Assembly (NCBI GenBank): GCA_016706685.1
Contig: JADJJE010000001.1
Span: 577,575 to 641,574 of the forward strand
Source of the DNA: Sandaracinaceae bacterium
GTDB lineage: Bacteria; Myxococcota_A; Polyangia; Polyangiales; Houyiibacteriaceae
Direction of reading: 5' to 3'
Length of the DNA stretch: 64,000 nucleotides
In this document: positions 37,349 to 47,447 of the stretch, piece by piece
How positions within the stretch are numbered: the first letter of the stretch is position 1
Layout: each line of letters starts with the position of its first letter
Position numbers and translations under genes: made by a program
The notes under the pieces: model-generated
What the model saw: the letters and a program-made list of their open reading frames with translations, nothing else
Database searches by the model: none
What the model was told of the DNA's origin: nothing

Positions 37349-39067
37349 ATGGTCTCGAGCTCAGTGCTAGTGGTGCTCCCCGACGACGACACCCGTCGTC
37401 GCTTGGTCGCGGCCATCGAGCGGGCCGGCTACGACTGCCTGGGCGTGCCGAGCGGGGAGGCTGCGGTCGACGCCTTCGTCCAGCGGCCCGTCGACATCGT
37501 TTTCACCGCGCTGCGGCTGCCGGGGCGGGACGGCGCCGCCACCATCGAGTCGCTGCGCTGGGCGCCAGGGGGTGAGCAGGCTCACATGGTGCTGCTGGGG
37601 GCGCTGACGGACTCCCCCGCCCTCCAGCGCGAGGCCGCCCGGCTCGGGGCGCTGACCTGCTTGGTGGGCGACGTCTCGGACGGGGACCTGCTGCGCGTGG
37701 TGGAGAACATCGTCCGCCGCGAGCTGCGCCCGGACTCCATGCCGCCCCCGGCCATGGACATCGGGACCAAAGACGACACCCGCCGCTACACCCGCACCGA
37801 CAGCTCGGAGGGCGACGCGGTCGAGCGGCACCTCGGCAGCGGGCTCAGCGCCCCCGACGCGCTGCAGGGGCGCCTGTCGGACGTGCCCTTCGCGTCGGTG
37901 CTGGTCCAGATCTTCGAGAGCCGCGCTACGGGCGCGCTGGCCCTCAACAGCGCCGGTGACCCCCGCGCCACCACCACGGGGGAGTCGCCGAAGAAGGTCA
38001 TCTTCTTCCGCCGCGGTGTGCCCCAGTCCGTGCGCTCCAACCTGGTGGAGGAGTGCCTGGGTCAGGTGCTGCGACGGCGGGGCATCATCGACCAGGGCGT
38101 GGTGGACGACTCCCTGCTGCGCGTGCGCGCCGGTCAGGGGCGGCAGGGCGCGGTGCTCTTGGCCATGGGGGCCATCACCCCGCACCAGCTGCGCGACGCC
38201 CTCGAGCACCAGCAAGAGATGAAGGTGTTGGACGTCTTCGGCTGGTCGGCCGGCACGTTCGAGTTCGCCGACATGGACCCTCCGCAGGAGACGCTCACGC
38301 TCGAGATGTCGCTCTTCGAGTTGGTCATGCGCGGCGTGCGCGAGCGCATCCCTCCCCCGCGTGTGGTGGAGCTGGTGGCACCCACCCTGGACCGCTTCGC
38401 CATCCCAGTCCCTGACCGGCTCGCACCCTTCCGGCGGATGGACCTCGCGCCGGAGCTGCACACGCTGCTCTCGCAGCTGGACGGGCGCTCCACCCTGCGG
38501 ACCCTGCTGGGCGGCCCGCCCACGGCGCGCACCACGCTGACGGGGTTCATCTATACGCTCACGTGCGTGGAGGCCATCGAGCTGCGCGACGGTCCGCTCG
38601 AGCACAGCGTGTCCCAGCTCCCCAGCGACCCCACGGCGCGACCGACGGCGCCCCCGGGTGAGCTGGCCGCCGTCTCGAAGCAACACCTGGACAGCGCGCT
38701 CACGGCCTTCCGAGAGGGCGAGCAGGCGCTGGCCATCGGCGCGTTCGAGACCGCCCTGGACGCGTTCGCGCGGGCCACCACGCTCGATCCGGACGAGGGC
38801 CTCTACTGGGTGTATCTGGGCTACTGCCGCCACGCCTCACACCGCGACGACGCCGAGGAGGCCGACCGCGCGCTGGCCGAGGTGGTCGCCGGCTGTCGGC
38901 TGGTGCCACGCGTGGCCGTGGCGCACTTGCTGCGCGCGCGTGTGCTGCGGGACCGCGCCAAGTGGTCGGCGGCGCGCAACGCCTACGAGCGTGTGCTGCA
39001 CATCGACCCGGACGACCAAGAGGCCATCGAGGGGCTGCGGGCCCTCGCGACGCTGTCCGAGTCCTGA
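37349..39067 (+). CDS. Pseudo-receiver domain / DUF4388-like / TPR protein
   Basis: ATG 37349 (MVSSSVLVVLPDDDTRRRLVAAIERAGYDCLGVPSGEAAVDAF). It has the CheY fold layout, but the phospho-acceptor position reads DIVFTALRLPGRDG (Ala where Asp is expected). The middle LQGRLSDVPFASVLVQIFESRATGALAL resembles DUF4388. The C-terminus has TPR-like helices. Confidence 0.75.
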   Translation: MVSSSVLVVLPDDDTRRRLVAAIERAGYDCLGVPSGEAAVDAFVQRPVDIVFTALRLPGRDGAATIESLRWAPGGEQAHMVLLGALTDSPALQREAARLGALTCLVGDVSDGDLLRVVENIVRRELRPDSMPPPAMDIGTKDDTRRYTRTDSSEGDAVERHLGSGLSAPDALQGRLSDVPFASVLVQIFESRATGALALNSAGDPRATTTGESPKKVIFFRRGVPQSVRSNLVEECLGQVLRRRGIIDQGVVDDSLLRVRAGQGRQGAVLLAMGAITPHQLRDALEHQQEMKVLDVFGWSAGTFEFADMDPPQETLTLEMSLFELVMRGVRERIPPPRVVELVAPTLDRFAIPVPDRLAPFRRMDLAPELHTLLSQLDGRSTLRTLLGGPPTARTTLTGFIYTLTCVEAIELRDGPLEHSVSQLPSDPTARPTAPPGELAAVSKQHLDSALTAFREGEQALAIGAFETALDAFARATTLDPDEGLYWVYLGYCRHASHRDDAEEADRALAEVVAGCRLVPRVAVAHLLRARVLRDRAKWSAARNAYERVLHIDPDDQEAIEGLRALATLSES

Positions 39068-39139
39068 CGGGTGTCGACGGAACCCTCGCAGAGCGCGGTC
39101 GGTCCTCGTCAGGGAGACGTCCTGTGCTACAAGGGCGCC

Positions 39140-40060
39140 ATGGTCGACAAGGTCGAAAAGATCTGGATGGACGGCGCGCTCATTCCTTGGGACGCCGCTC
39201 AGGTACACGTGCTCACCCACACCCTGCACTACGGTCTCGGGGTCTTCGAGGGCATCCGCTGCTACAAGCTCGATGATGGGCGCTCCGCCATCTTCCGGTT
39301 GGAAGAGCACATCCGTCGCCTGTTCGACTCGGCGCGCATCTGCACCCTGCCCATGCCGTACGACCACGACACCCTGGTCGAGGCCTGTAAGGAGACCGTC
39401 CGCAGCAACGGCCTCGACGAGTGCTACCTGCGTCCGCTCGCGTTCATTGGCGACGGCGCCATGGGGCTCGGCGCCCGTGACAACCCCACCCGTGTCTGCA
39501 TCGTGGCCTGGCGCTGGGGCGCCTACCTGGGCGACGAGGGCGTCCAGAAGGGCATCCGCGCCAAGATCAGCTCGTTCAGCCGCGCGGGCGTCAACTCGCT
39601 CATGGCCAAGGGCAAGGTCTGCGGCCACTACGTGAACTCCATCCTCGCCAAGCGCGAGGCGCTGGCCGCCGGCTACCAGGAAGCCATCATGCTGGACCCG
39701 CAGGGCTACATCTCCGAGGCCAGCGGCGAGAACATCTTCGTCATCCGTGACGGGGTGGTCTCTACGCCCGCGCTGGGCGCGTCCATTCTGGGCGGCATCA
39801 CGCGCGACTCGGTCATCACCATCCTGCGCGAGATGGGCGTCCCCGTGGTGGAGCGCTCGCTCGGCCGTGACGAGCTCTACATCTCGGACGAGATCTTCAT
39901 GGTGGGCACCGCCGCCGAGGTCACCCCCGTGCGCGAAGTGGACGACCGGCCCGTGGGCAAGGGCGTGCGCGGCCCCATCACCGCCGAGGTGCAGGACCGG
40001 TACTTCAAGGCCGTGCGCGGGGTGAACACGCCGGTCCCTGGCTGGCTCGACATCATCTGA
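39140..40060 (+). CDS. ilvE: Branched-chain amino acid aminotransferase
   Basis: MVDKVEKIWMDGALIPWDAAQVHVLTHTLHYGLGVFEGIRCY aligns with the E. coli IlvE N-terminus. Also KVCGHYVNSILAKREA, EASGENIF, GITRDSV. Track ORF start 39071 is an upstream GTG. Confidence 0.93.
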   Translation: MVDKVEKIWMDGALIPWDAAQVHVLTHTLHYGLGVFEGIRCYKLDDGRSAIFRLEEHIRRLFDSARICTLPMPYDHDTLVEACKETVRSNGLDECYLRPLAFIGDGAMGLGARDNPTRVCIVAWRWGAYLGDEGVQKGIRAKISSFSRAGVNSLMAKGKVCGHYVNSILAKREALAAGYQEAIMLDPQGYISEASGENIFVIRDGVVSTPALGASILGGITRDSVITILREMGVPVVERSLGRDELYISDEIFMVGTAAEVTPVREVDDRPVGKGVRGPITAEVQDRYFKAVRGVNTPVPGWLDII

Positions 40061-40206
40061 GAGGCGCCGCCAAATCGCCCGGGCGCGGCTTTCGTCCTCG
40101 CGACCGGGCTCGAAATGCAGGAGCATTCCTTCGCCCGTCCGCTGCGGGCGCGCTCGCGCTCGGACGATTTTTCGGCGCCTCTCCCCAGCTGAGCGCCTCG
40201 AGGGTG

Positions 40207-40312
40207 CCAGCTGGCCGCGCTTGGGCGAGCTGGCAGCGTTCCTTCAGCCCGCGCTCTCGCCAGCTGGCTGGGTCCCGCGACTTGGCAGCCGTTGTGTCAG
40301 CCCGCGCTCTCG
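40207..40312. repeat. Imperfect tandem duplication, 2 x 53 bp, second copy includes the last codons and stop of the zinc-ribbon gene
   Basis: Copy 1 (40207-40259) is ccagctggcc...ttcagcccgcgctctcg. Copy 2 (40260-40312) is ccagctggct...gtcagcccgcgctctcg. The first 9 nt and about the last 22 nt are conserved; the centre has diverged. Confidence 0.8.
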
Positions 40313-41016
40313 ACTAGGGCTCGGTAGATGACGATGCGGCGGCACTGCGGGCAGTCGGTGAGCTCTTCGCCGCGCTGCATGTTGATGAAGAGCTGAGCGG
40401 GCAGCGCCATGCGGCAGCCGGGGCAGGAGCCGTCGGCCACCACCACCACGGCGTCCATGTACTTGGTGCGCAGGCGCTCGTAGCGCTTCACGGTGGAGGG
40501 CGAGATGCGCTTCAGCAGCTCGTCTCGACCGGAGGTGACCTTCTCACGCTCGGCGCGGAGCTCGGTCAAGCGCATGCCGCTCTTGGTCTCTTCCGAGCTG
40601 AGGATCTCGCGGGCCTCGGCGAACTGCGCCTCGCGCTGCGCCATGGCGGTGCGCTTGGCGGAAAGCGCCTCGTCGGTGGCGCCGAGCTCGCCTTCCTTCT
40701 CACGGATGCTGCGCCGGAAGGAGTCCACTTCGCGCTGTCCCGCGTCGCTCTCCTTGGTGTTCTGCGCCTGCGCCAGCTTGGACCGCCCACGGGCCAGCCC
40801 CTCGACGCGCTCGTGGATGGCCTCGGCCAGCCGCTTGCGCAGCCCCTCGGCCTCATCGAGCTGCGCACGCTCACGGGCGAGCAGGCCCTCCAGCACCGCC
40901 ACGTCCGCCGCCATGGACTCGAGCCGCGCGGGCGTGTCCTTCAGCTCCTGGTCGTAATTGACGGCCGCGGCATCCATGGCCGCCAGCTTCGAGAGTGCCA
41001 CCAGCTCTTCACGCAC
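40297..41016 (-). CDS. Coiled-coil protein with C-terminal C4 zinc ribbon (COG1579/DUF164-like)
   Basis: A long heptad-rich region is followed by SCPGCRMALP...LTDCPQCRRIVIY. GTG start at 41016, preceded by AGGAGA. Confidence 0.8.
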   Translation of the reverse strand: MREELVALSKLAAMDAAAVNYDQELKDTPARLESMAADVAVLEGLLARERAQLDEAEGLRKRLAEAIHERVEGLARGRSKLAQAQNTKESDAGQREVDSFRRSIREKEGELGATDEALSAKRTAMAQREAQFAEAREILSSEETKSGMRLTELRAEREKVTSGRDELLKRISPSTVKRYERLRTKYMDAVVVVADGSCPGCRMALPAQLFINMQRGEELTDCPQCRRIVIYRALVESAG

Positions 41017-41109
41017 GCGTTCTGTCTCCTGTCAAAGCGATGACAGGCCCTTAGCGTGACTGGCTGGCGGAAGCAAGATCCATCCTCGGCCCGCTCTCGG
41101 GGGTTCTCT

Positions 41110-41275
41110 GGTGAGGTGAGCGATGGGAGCGGGACGGGCACCCTGGTCTGCGGGGGCGCTCGCGCTGGCGCTCGCTCTGATACCTCCCTGAAAACGGCAC
41201 TCGCGCTACGCGCTCCGTTTGTTTTCTGGGGCCCATCAAGCCCTGCTGCCCAGCGCGCCCGCCCCCCTCCACGGT
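41110..41275 (+). repeat. Structured repeat element, copy A (candidate ncRNA or REP/MITE-like element)
   Basis: It shares blocks CACCCTGGTCTGCGGGG, TCGCGCTGGCGCTC, TGGGGCCC, CTGCCCAG and CCCTCCACG with copy B. It folds as a long imperfect hairpin (core 41126-41270). See findings. Confidence 0.6.
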
Positions 41276-41458
41276 GACGCGCGGAGAGAGCGCGCGTGTG
41301 GCCCGGCTGGGAGTCCGGCTTCCGCCTCGTCTCGTCGGGGAACTCGACTGAGCTCGACGGAGCGCGGAGCGTTCCCTCGAGTCCCGGCGCTCATCTGAAC
41401 CCGACTGCACGCGGCCGAGTCGAGCGCGCTCGGCCCCGACCGACCCGTTCCGGAGCGG

Positions 41459-42224
41459 TCACCTCGGGCCGTAGTTGGTCGAGAGGTAGCGGAGGATGCG
41501 GGCGGACTCGAACATCTCGGTGCCCGTATTCGGATCCACGAGGTAGGGCACCTGCACGCGCCCGGTGCGCTCCTGCAGCGCCTTGCGGTTGCGCTGGGTG
41601 GGCGCGTAGTCGGGCGCGAGGAGCTCGCGCAGCGCGGGAATCACGATCCACTCGACGGGCTGGTTGCGGCCGCAGTTGCGGAGGATGTAGGGGAGCTCCA
41701 GCTCGCACAGCCGCTCGCGCACCATGCGCGAGAAGGGGCTCGACTCGAAGCTGTAGAGCTCGAGCGCGTGCTCCGGCAGCCGACCGGGCCGCGCCTTGAT
41801 GCCATGCCCCACCCGCAACGCCGACGCCGCCATCGACGGCGAAGTGCGCAGGGCCTTGATAGCCGCATGGCTCGGAGCCCCACCGCCCGCGTAGGTCTCG
41901 TAGAGATAAGCGACGATGTCCGCCGACTCATAGAGCCGCGCCCCCGTGTTCGGGTCATGCAGATAAGGGAAGAGCTCCTTCCCCCCCCCGCGCCCGCACC
42001 TCGGGCCGAAAGCGCTCCCCACCCTTCGGGCACGGGAAGATGCGCGCATCGAGGTCGAGCTCCGTCAGCACGTTGCGGACCACCCGACAGAACGGGCAGT
42101 TCTCCATCTCGTACACCTCGAGCAGCTGCTCGGGCTGCCGCGCCGCCCGGAGGATCTGCACGCCCCAAGGCCCCGCGGCGAGCGAGGCAGCGAGCGAACC
42201 AACCGAGTCGAAAGTGTGCTTCAT
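41459..42224 (-). pseudogene. Tandem glutaredoxin/GST-N-like domain protein, frameshifted in a G9 (C9 on + strand) tract as assembled
   Basis: Fragment 1 (ATG 42224) reads MKHTFDSVGSLAAS...LLEVYEMENCPFCRVVRNVLTELDLDARIFPCPKGGERFRPEVRARGG. Fragment 2 (frame of 41459-42049) continues KELFPYLHDPNTGARLYESADIVAYLYETY...LELYSFESSPFSRMVRERLCELELPYILRNC...VPYLVDPNTGTEMFESARILRYL. The junction is the C9 run at 41981-41989; a run of 8 gives one continuous ORF. Confidence 0.75.
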
Positions 42225-42499
42225 GAACGAACCTCTCACCGTGCGGGACCGCGCAGAGTCCCGCACTGTAGATCCTCCCACGCCGCGCAGTCACAGCATC
42301 TGAGCCCGAAGGCACCGCGGCCCACGGCCGTACCGGACGCGTTCCGTCGCGCTGCACGCTCATCCAAGCCCACCCGCACTCCGGCGAGCACCCCCTCAAC
42401 CGGCGGAGCCCCGAGCCCCCGTCTCATTCCGGCGGGCCCCCTCGAGCCAGCTGAGCCCATCCGGCCCCACGCACTCCGGCGCGCCCAGCGAGCTCAATC

Positions 42500-42660
42500 C
42501 ACGCTCGCGTGGAGGGCGACGGGCGCCCTGGGCAGCGGGGGTGGGGGGGGCCCCATTTCAGCGTCCGCAGGACGCACGGAAATGGGGGAGGCACCCGAGG
42601 GAGCGCCAGCGCGACCGGCCCCGCAGACCAGGGTGCCGTCGCCCTCCTCACGATCACGCC
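42500..42660 (-). repeat. Structured repeat element, copy B (inverted relative to copy A)
   Basis: The core is 42647-42511 on the minus strand. A perfect 12-bp closing stem GGAGGGCGACGG/CCGTCGCCCTCC is present, with the same conserved blocks as copy A. It lies about 45 nt downstream of the tRNA and upstream of the Grx/GST-like gene. Confidence 0.6.
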
Positions 42661-42703
42661 CGCATTCGAACCCGGTGCGAGCAGGAGCGCATGGAAAAAA
42701 CGG

Positions 42704-42777
42704 TGGGCCCACCTGGACTTGAACCAGGAACTACCCGTTTATGAGACGGGGACTCTAACCAATTGAGCTATAGGCCC
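42704..42777 (-). tRNA. tRNA with CAU anticodon (elongator Met or lysidine-dependent Ile2; not initiator)
   Basis: The minus strand reads GGGCCTATAGCTCAATTGGTTAGAGTCCCCGTCTCATAAACGGGTAGTTCCTGGTTCAAGTCCAGGTGGGCCCA, a 74-nt cloverleaf. Acceptor GGGCCTA/TGGGCCC, D arm GCTC/GAGT, anticodon stem CCCGT/ACGGG with loop CTCATAA, T arm CCTGG-TTCAAGT-CCAGG. G1-C72 is paired, so it is not tRNA-fMet. CCA is not encoded. Confidence 0.93.
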
Positions 42778-42787
42778 GAGCGCGGCT

Positions 42788-44643
<1,856 letters not shown>

Positions 44644-44647
<4 letters not shown>

Positions 44648-46542
44648 CCCTTGATGGTGCTGCCGCTTTGTTGCTTCAGCTTGTGCGCCCCGCGGGACAG
44701 GGCGACGAGTTCTTCGGTGAGTTCTGCAGCGAGCGCTTCATCGCCCGTTCGCCGCGCTTCTAAAATTCGTCTCTGGACTTTTGGGAGCTCTGCCTCAATG
44801 TTTCGCAGGGCGAGTTGCCTAACGCCACCCCCCAGCGTTTGACGAGCCGCCGATTCGTCCATCGTCTGCCGAGCCAGGCGATCTTCGAGCCAACCAAGAG
44901 CGGGATTTCCGAGCAATTCTGCAAGCAAGGCCGGTCCGTCGAGGCTTCCTAGCGACTCGAACATGGCCGACGAGGCCTGAAAGATGGCGCGAAGATCGGG
45001 GCTCGTCAAAAGCTCGCCGAAATTAGTTGAGTCGTCGCTGACAAAGAGTTGGGGATGGTCCAGCAGCGCGGTCATCAGTTGGGTCTCGATGGCTGGCAGA
45101 TCGGGAGGCCTCACCCGGGCCTGGGGGGCGGGGCCACTGGGCTGCTCCTCGCGGACCCGACGCTCTTGCCGGCTAGCGCGAACTCCCTCGTGGAGCTGCC
45201 TGCGGACCTTGTCCACGTCCGTGCGCCCGAAGCGCTGGGCAATCTTCTCCTCCCACATTTGGGCCTCAACGGGATTTTTGATCTTCAGCAAAATCGGGCC
45301 GAGATCTCCAATGGCCGTTGCACTGCGTGACGGATCGCCGCCGCCCTCCGCGGCAGCATCCTCCACCAAGTACTGGATGAGGGATGGAGCCGCCTTGATA
45401 CGCTCGTCGAGCGCGCGGGCCGCGAGTGCCCGAGCTTCGTCGGGCGTAGTGTCGGGGGCGCCCGAGTTGCGCAGGAAGGTGTCCGGGTCTTGACCCTTCG
45501 GGAGCGTGACCACTTGCGCGGCCACCCCCTGGTCGAGCAGCAGCTCGCCCACGGTGCGGGCCGCCTTCTTGCCGGCCGCGTCGCCGTCGAAGAGCAGCAC
45601 GGCGCGCTCTGCATATCGCCGCACCAGCTTGGCGTGCGCCTCGGTGAACGCCGTGCCCATGGGCGCGACCGAGTTCGCGAAGCCGGCCTGGTGCAGCGCC
45701 ACCAAGTCGAAGTTGCCCTCGCAGATGATTAGCCAGCCCTGGCGCCGGGTCTCCACGCGCCCCTCGAACAGGCCGTAGAGCACCTCGCCCTTGGTGTAGA
45801 GCGGCCCCTCCGGACTGTTGATGTACTTGGCGCTGGGGCGGTCATCTGCCGGAGCGTCCGGGGGCGGTGGCAGCTCACGCCCGCTGAACGCGATGACGCG
45901 GCCGTGCACATCGGTGATGGGGAACATCAGGCGATGCCGAAAGCGGTCGTAGTAGCCCTCGCTGCGTCGCTTGCCGATCAGACCCAGCGACTCGACCGCG
46001 CGTGGGTCGTGGCCGCGGTACTGCAGGTACTCGGCAAGGCCACTCCAGCCGCTGGGGGCGTACCCCAACCGAAAGTGCTCCGCGCTCTTGGGCGTGACCC
46101 CGCGCCCGTCGATGGCTGCTTGCGCCATGTGGCCATGCGGGTGCTGGCTGAGCTGCGCCATGAAGAAGCCGGTGGCGTCGTCCATGATGGCGACCAACCG
46201 CTCGCTCTCGGCGCGACGCTGCTGGTAGGCGCGCTCCTCGGCCTCGTCCAGCACGGGGAGTTCCACGCCGGTGCGCTCGGCCAGCTCGCGCGCCACCTCG
46301 GGGAACGGCCGCCCCTCCAGCTGCATGACGAAGCGAAACACGTCACCGGAGGCGCCGCAGCCAAAGCACTTGTACATGCGGCGCGCGGGGTTGACGTTGA
46401 ACGACGGAGAGCGCTCGTTGTGGAAGGGGCAGAGGCCCGTGAAGTTGCTGCCCGACTTCTTGAGGCGCACGTAGTCACCAATGATGGTGACGAGGTCGGC
46501 CCGCTCGCGGATCTCGGCGATGGTCTCTTCCGGAATCCTCAA
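44644..46542 (-). CDS. dnaG: DNA primase DnaG
   Basis: Zinc-binding [15 protein letters not shown]...[11 protein letters not shown], the TOPRIM domain ([30 protein letters not shown]), and a C-terminal helicase-interaction region. TTG start at 46542. Confidence 0.95.
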
Positions 46543-46610
46543 GTTTCGTCCTCGGAGCGCCGCATCGGACTGCGCAAGATACGGAGCGCGACTGCCAGTG
46601 GCAATGGAGG

Positions 46611-47447
46611 ATGGCCGCGCAGGCGCACTTGGTTCACGCTGCCGCGATGAGCGCCCGGCCCGACGCCGCCAGCACGCCCGCGCGCACCTCCGCCTACAAG
46701 GAGGTGCTGGTCGTCTACGCCGCCGTGTGGGTGGTGACCTTCTTGCTGTCGCAGACCGAGGGCGTGCCGCTCATCGGAGAGCACCGCGGAGAGCTGGTGG
46801 GGCTTCTCTTCTTGGCGTGTGCCATGACGCTGGGTGCGCGCATGGGCCTCGAACGCGCTGGCCTGACGCTGGGCGGGCTCATGCTGCCCGACCCGGAGCC
46901 GGCGCACGAACGCCCCGGCATGCGTGATCCGCTCGGCGTCCTCGATCTGCTGCGCGGCATCCGGGGTGCCCTGCCCGCGGCGCTGCGCGAGACGGGGGTG
47001 GCGCTGGTGGTGGCGCTGGTGGTGTTCCCACCCTTCATCTTCGGCTTCTACCTCTACGCGGAGCCCATGCACCCCTTCGGCTGGAGCGGCGTGGCCAGCA
47101 CACCCGCGCAGTGGGCAGAGTGGGGCCAGCTGCTCCTCGCGCAGCTGCTGGTGGTGGCGCTGCCCGAGGAGGCCTTCTTTCGTGGCTACGTCCAGACGCG
47201 CTTGGCCAACGCCACGCACGCCACCGACCCACGCCTGCGTGCGCCTTCCGTGCTGCTGGCGCAGGCGGTGCTCTTCGCGCTGGTGCACCTCGCCTCGGTA
47301 GCGCACGTCACGCGCTTGGCCGTGTTCTTCCCGGCGCTGCTCTTCGGGCTGATCCGCGCCAAGCGCGGCGGCATCGGGGCCGCGCTGGTGTTCCACGCGC
47401 TGTGCAACCTGCTCAGTGAGGTGCTAACGCGAGGGTGGCTCTCATGA
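46611..47447 (+). CDS. CPBP-family (CAAX/Abi) intramembrane glutamic endopeptidase
   Basis: Motif 1 is LPEEAFFRGYVQTRL, motif 2 is FALVHL, and motif 3 is VFHALCNLL, within a multi-TM protein. Confidence 0.85.
   Translation: MAAQAHLVHAAAMSARPDAASTPARTSAYKEVLVVYAAVWVVTFLLSQTEGVPLIGEHRGELVGLLFLACAMTLGARMGLERAGLTLGGLMLPDPEPAHERPGMRDPLGVLDLLRGIRGALPAALRETGVALVVALVVFPPFIFGFYLYAEPMHPFGWSGVASTPAQWAEWGQLLLAQLLVVALPEEAFFRGYVQTRLANATHATDPRLRAPSVLLAQAVLFALVHLASVAHVTRLAVFFPALLFGLIRAKRGGIGAALVFHALCNLLSEVLTRGWLS

Noticed and set aside
40061-40125. Rho-independent terminator after ilvE (gcgcc...ggcgc, cgcccgggcg)
   Set aside because: The stem is short with a 13-nt loop and only a TTT follows. This is too weak to annotate.
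41056-41277. Small ORFs 41056-41277 (+) and 42494-42712 (-) sharing the peptide GTLVCG-AR-AGA, considered as a small-protein family
   Set aside because: The similarity is patchy at nucleotide level and interrupted by indels that break the frame. The variable segments preserve hairpin pairing rather than codons, so a structured DNA/RNA element explains it better.
41016-41459. Known ncRNAs (RNase P RNA, 6S, SRP, tmRNA) or a retron msr/msd in the 440-bp spacer
   Set aside because: I could not find the conserved RNase P P4 sequence (GAGGAAAGUCC), the SRP apical motif or tmRNA tag features. There is no reverse transcriptase gene nearby for a retron. A 6S-like fold cannot be excluded by eye but no signature was seen.
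41110-42660. Integrated genomic islet at the tRNA gene (inverted repeats as ends)
   Set aside because: There is no integrase, transposase or direct duplication of the tRNA 3' end, and the content is a single small gene. This is kept only as an alternative explanation within the repeat finding.
42695-42703. T6 run after the tRNA as an intrinsic terminator
   Set aside because: The nearest stable hairpin (the T arm) ends 11 nt before the T run, which is too far for a canonical terminator. It is mentioned in the tRNA finding but not annotated as a feature.
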